Under the pieces are notes generated by a model. It was not told the origin of the DNA, did no database searches, and was given only the letters and a program-made list of their open reading frames with translations. A program made the position numbers and the translations under genes. From Takakia lepidozioides (lineage: Eukaryota > Plantae > Bryophyta), in the NCBI GenBank assembly GCA_030704615.1, contig CM060732.1, forward strand, positions 47,988,001 to 48,052,000: a DNA stretch of 64,000 nucleotides, read 5' to 3'. Shown here in pieces: positions 63,211 to 64,000 of the stretch (position 1 is its first letter; the number at the start of each line of letters is the position of its first letter).

Positions 63211-63938
63211 TGTCGCGCATCTCACTTCGGTAAGCTCCCCTCTCAAGTCATAGTTACTCGCTTTGATGCGCGCGCCTGACTTCCAACCTGGCCGCCGGGC
63301 CAACTTGGAGCTTTGGCTGCCCACCGGGGCATAACGGTCCCCCTTTGTTCTCCCAAAGAACCCTCCACCTATTTGGAACCAGCGGGAATTCCCTTGGTAG
63401 TTGGCAGTCCGGAACAGCTCCCCACTCTTTGGTCGCTTTCCGGCTCGCTCGCTTACTCACTAGTTTTTGGTCACCAACGGGCTTGCACCGTTCTCGGGGT
63501 TACACTCCCTATATATACTTCTGTAGCTGTCCGCGGGGGTTTCACAACCAGCCATGCCATTTTATGGCGAACCACCACGAAAACCCTCGACTCCCGGCGA
63601 TGAGTCGCGGTGAGTTTTGGCCCACTCACCACGGCCCCTATGGACCGTGATGAGTCCCAAGACTCCCCACGACTCCCACCACAAGGTCTCCGCCCCCATG
63701 GTGAGTCGTATGCCACCCCCACTAAGTCCCGCTAAGCTACCACCACCCCTTGTGGAGCCACCCCCACCGCAACCCGGTGTGCGGGGCTCCACCTAGTGAG
63801 CGCCTTCGCCTCCTTGAGTGCCTTGGGCACTCAAGGGTGCTTCAGCCCCCCATACCTATCGCTGCCGCTACCCCCACCACAGGGGCAGCCCCTCATGTGT
63901 CCCGACCTCCCCTACCCTCAAGGCAAAGGGCCGCGACA
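63211..63938 (-). repeat. Intact 728-bp 5' LTR
   Basis: Matches 57054-57449 (direct) and 61733-61954 (inverted). Confidence 0.93.
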
Positions 63939-64000
63939 GTGAGGGCACCTTCTTCGACGACCTATTTCAGCCTGATTTGCCTCTCATCAGACTCGGCCTT

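Larger units (their letters stand above)
57054..63938 (-). mobile_element. Full-length chromovirus (Ty3/gypsy, Galadriel-like) with internal inversion 57450-61954
   Basis: TSD GTGAG (57049-53 / 63939-43); ends TGTCGCG..CGCGACA; 5' LTR 63938-63211, PBS, gag on minus; PR-RT-RH-IN-chromo, PPT and LTR start on plus. Confidence 0.95.

Overview
Eukaryotic, repeat-rich land-plant DNA. A non-seed plant (bryophyte/lycophyte/fern-like) is likely, but this is inferred from content only. Four host genes can be reconstructed: a 2-exon GH17 beta-1,3-glucanase (8615-10003,+), a 7-exon C2H2-zinc-finger/DEDDh exonuclease (11102-13539,-), an intronless GNA-type mannose-binding lectin (28787-29263,+) and a 24-exon MSH4 (47054-55565,-) whose exon 14 is frameshifted. 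Both window ends carry shuffled PLS/E/DYW-class PPR pseudogene fragments, each next to the same hairpin-terminated repeat. The rest is nested mobile DNA: a Ty3/gypsy element with a dUTPase-like domain and unusual split/permuted LTR ends (13871-21100), an L1-like LINE, three rearranged copies of a chromovirus family (one full length, with TSD and a 4.5-kb internal inversion), a non-autonomous CACTA, a piggyBac-like transposase relic, Helitron-like termini, SINEs, two FCP1/NIF-like pseudo-phosphatase ORFs, and a degraded minus-strand cassette that may encode ParB-like and amino-methyltransferase-like domains. Frequent 1-nt indels in young-looking elements mean some lesions may be assembly errors. 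All alignments were made by eye; no searches were run.
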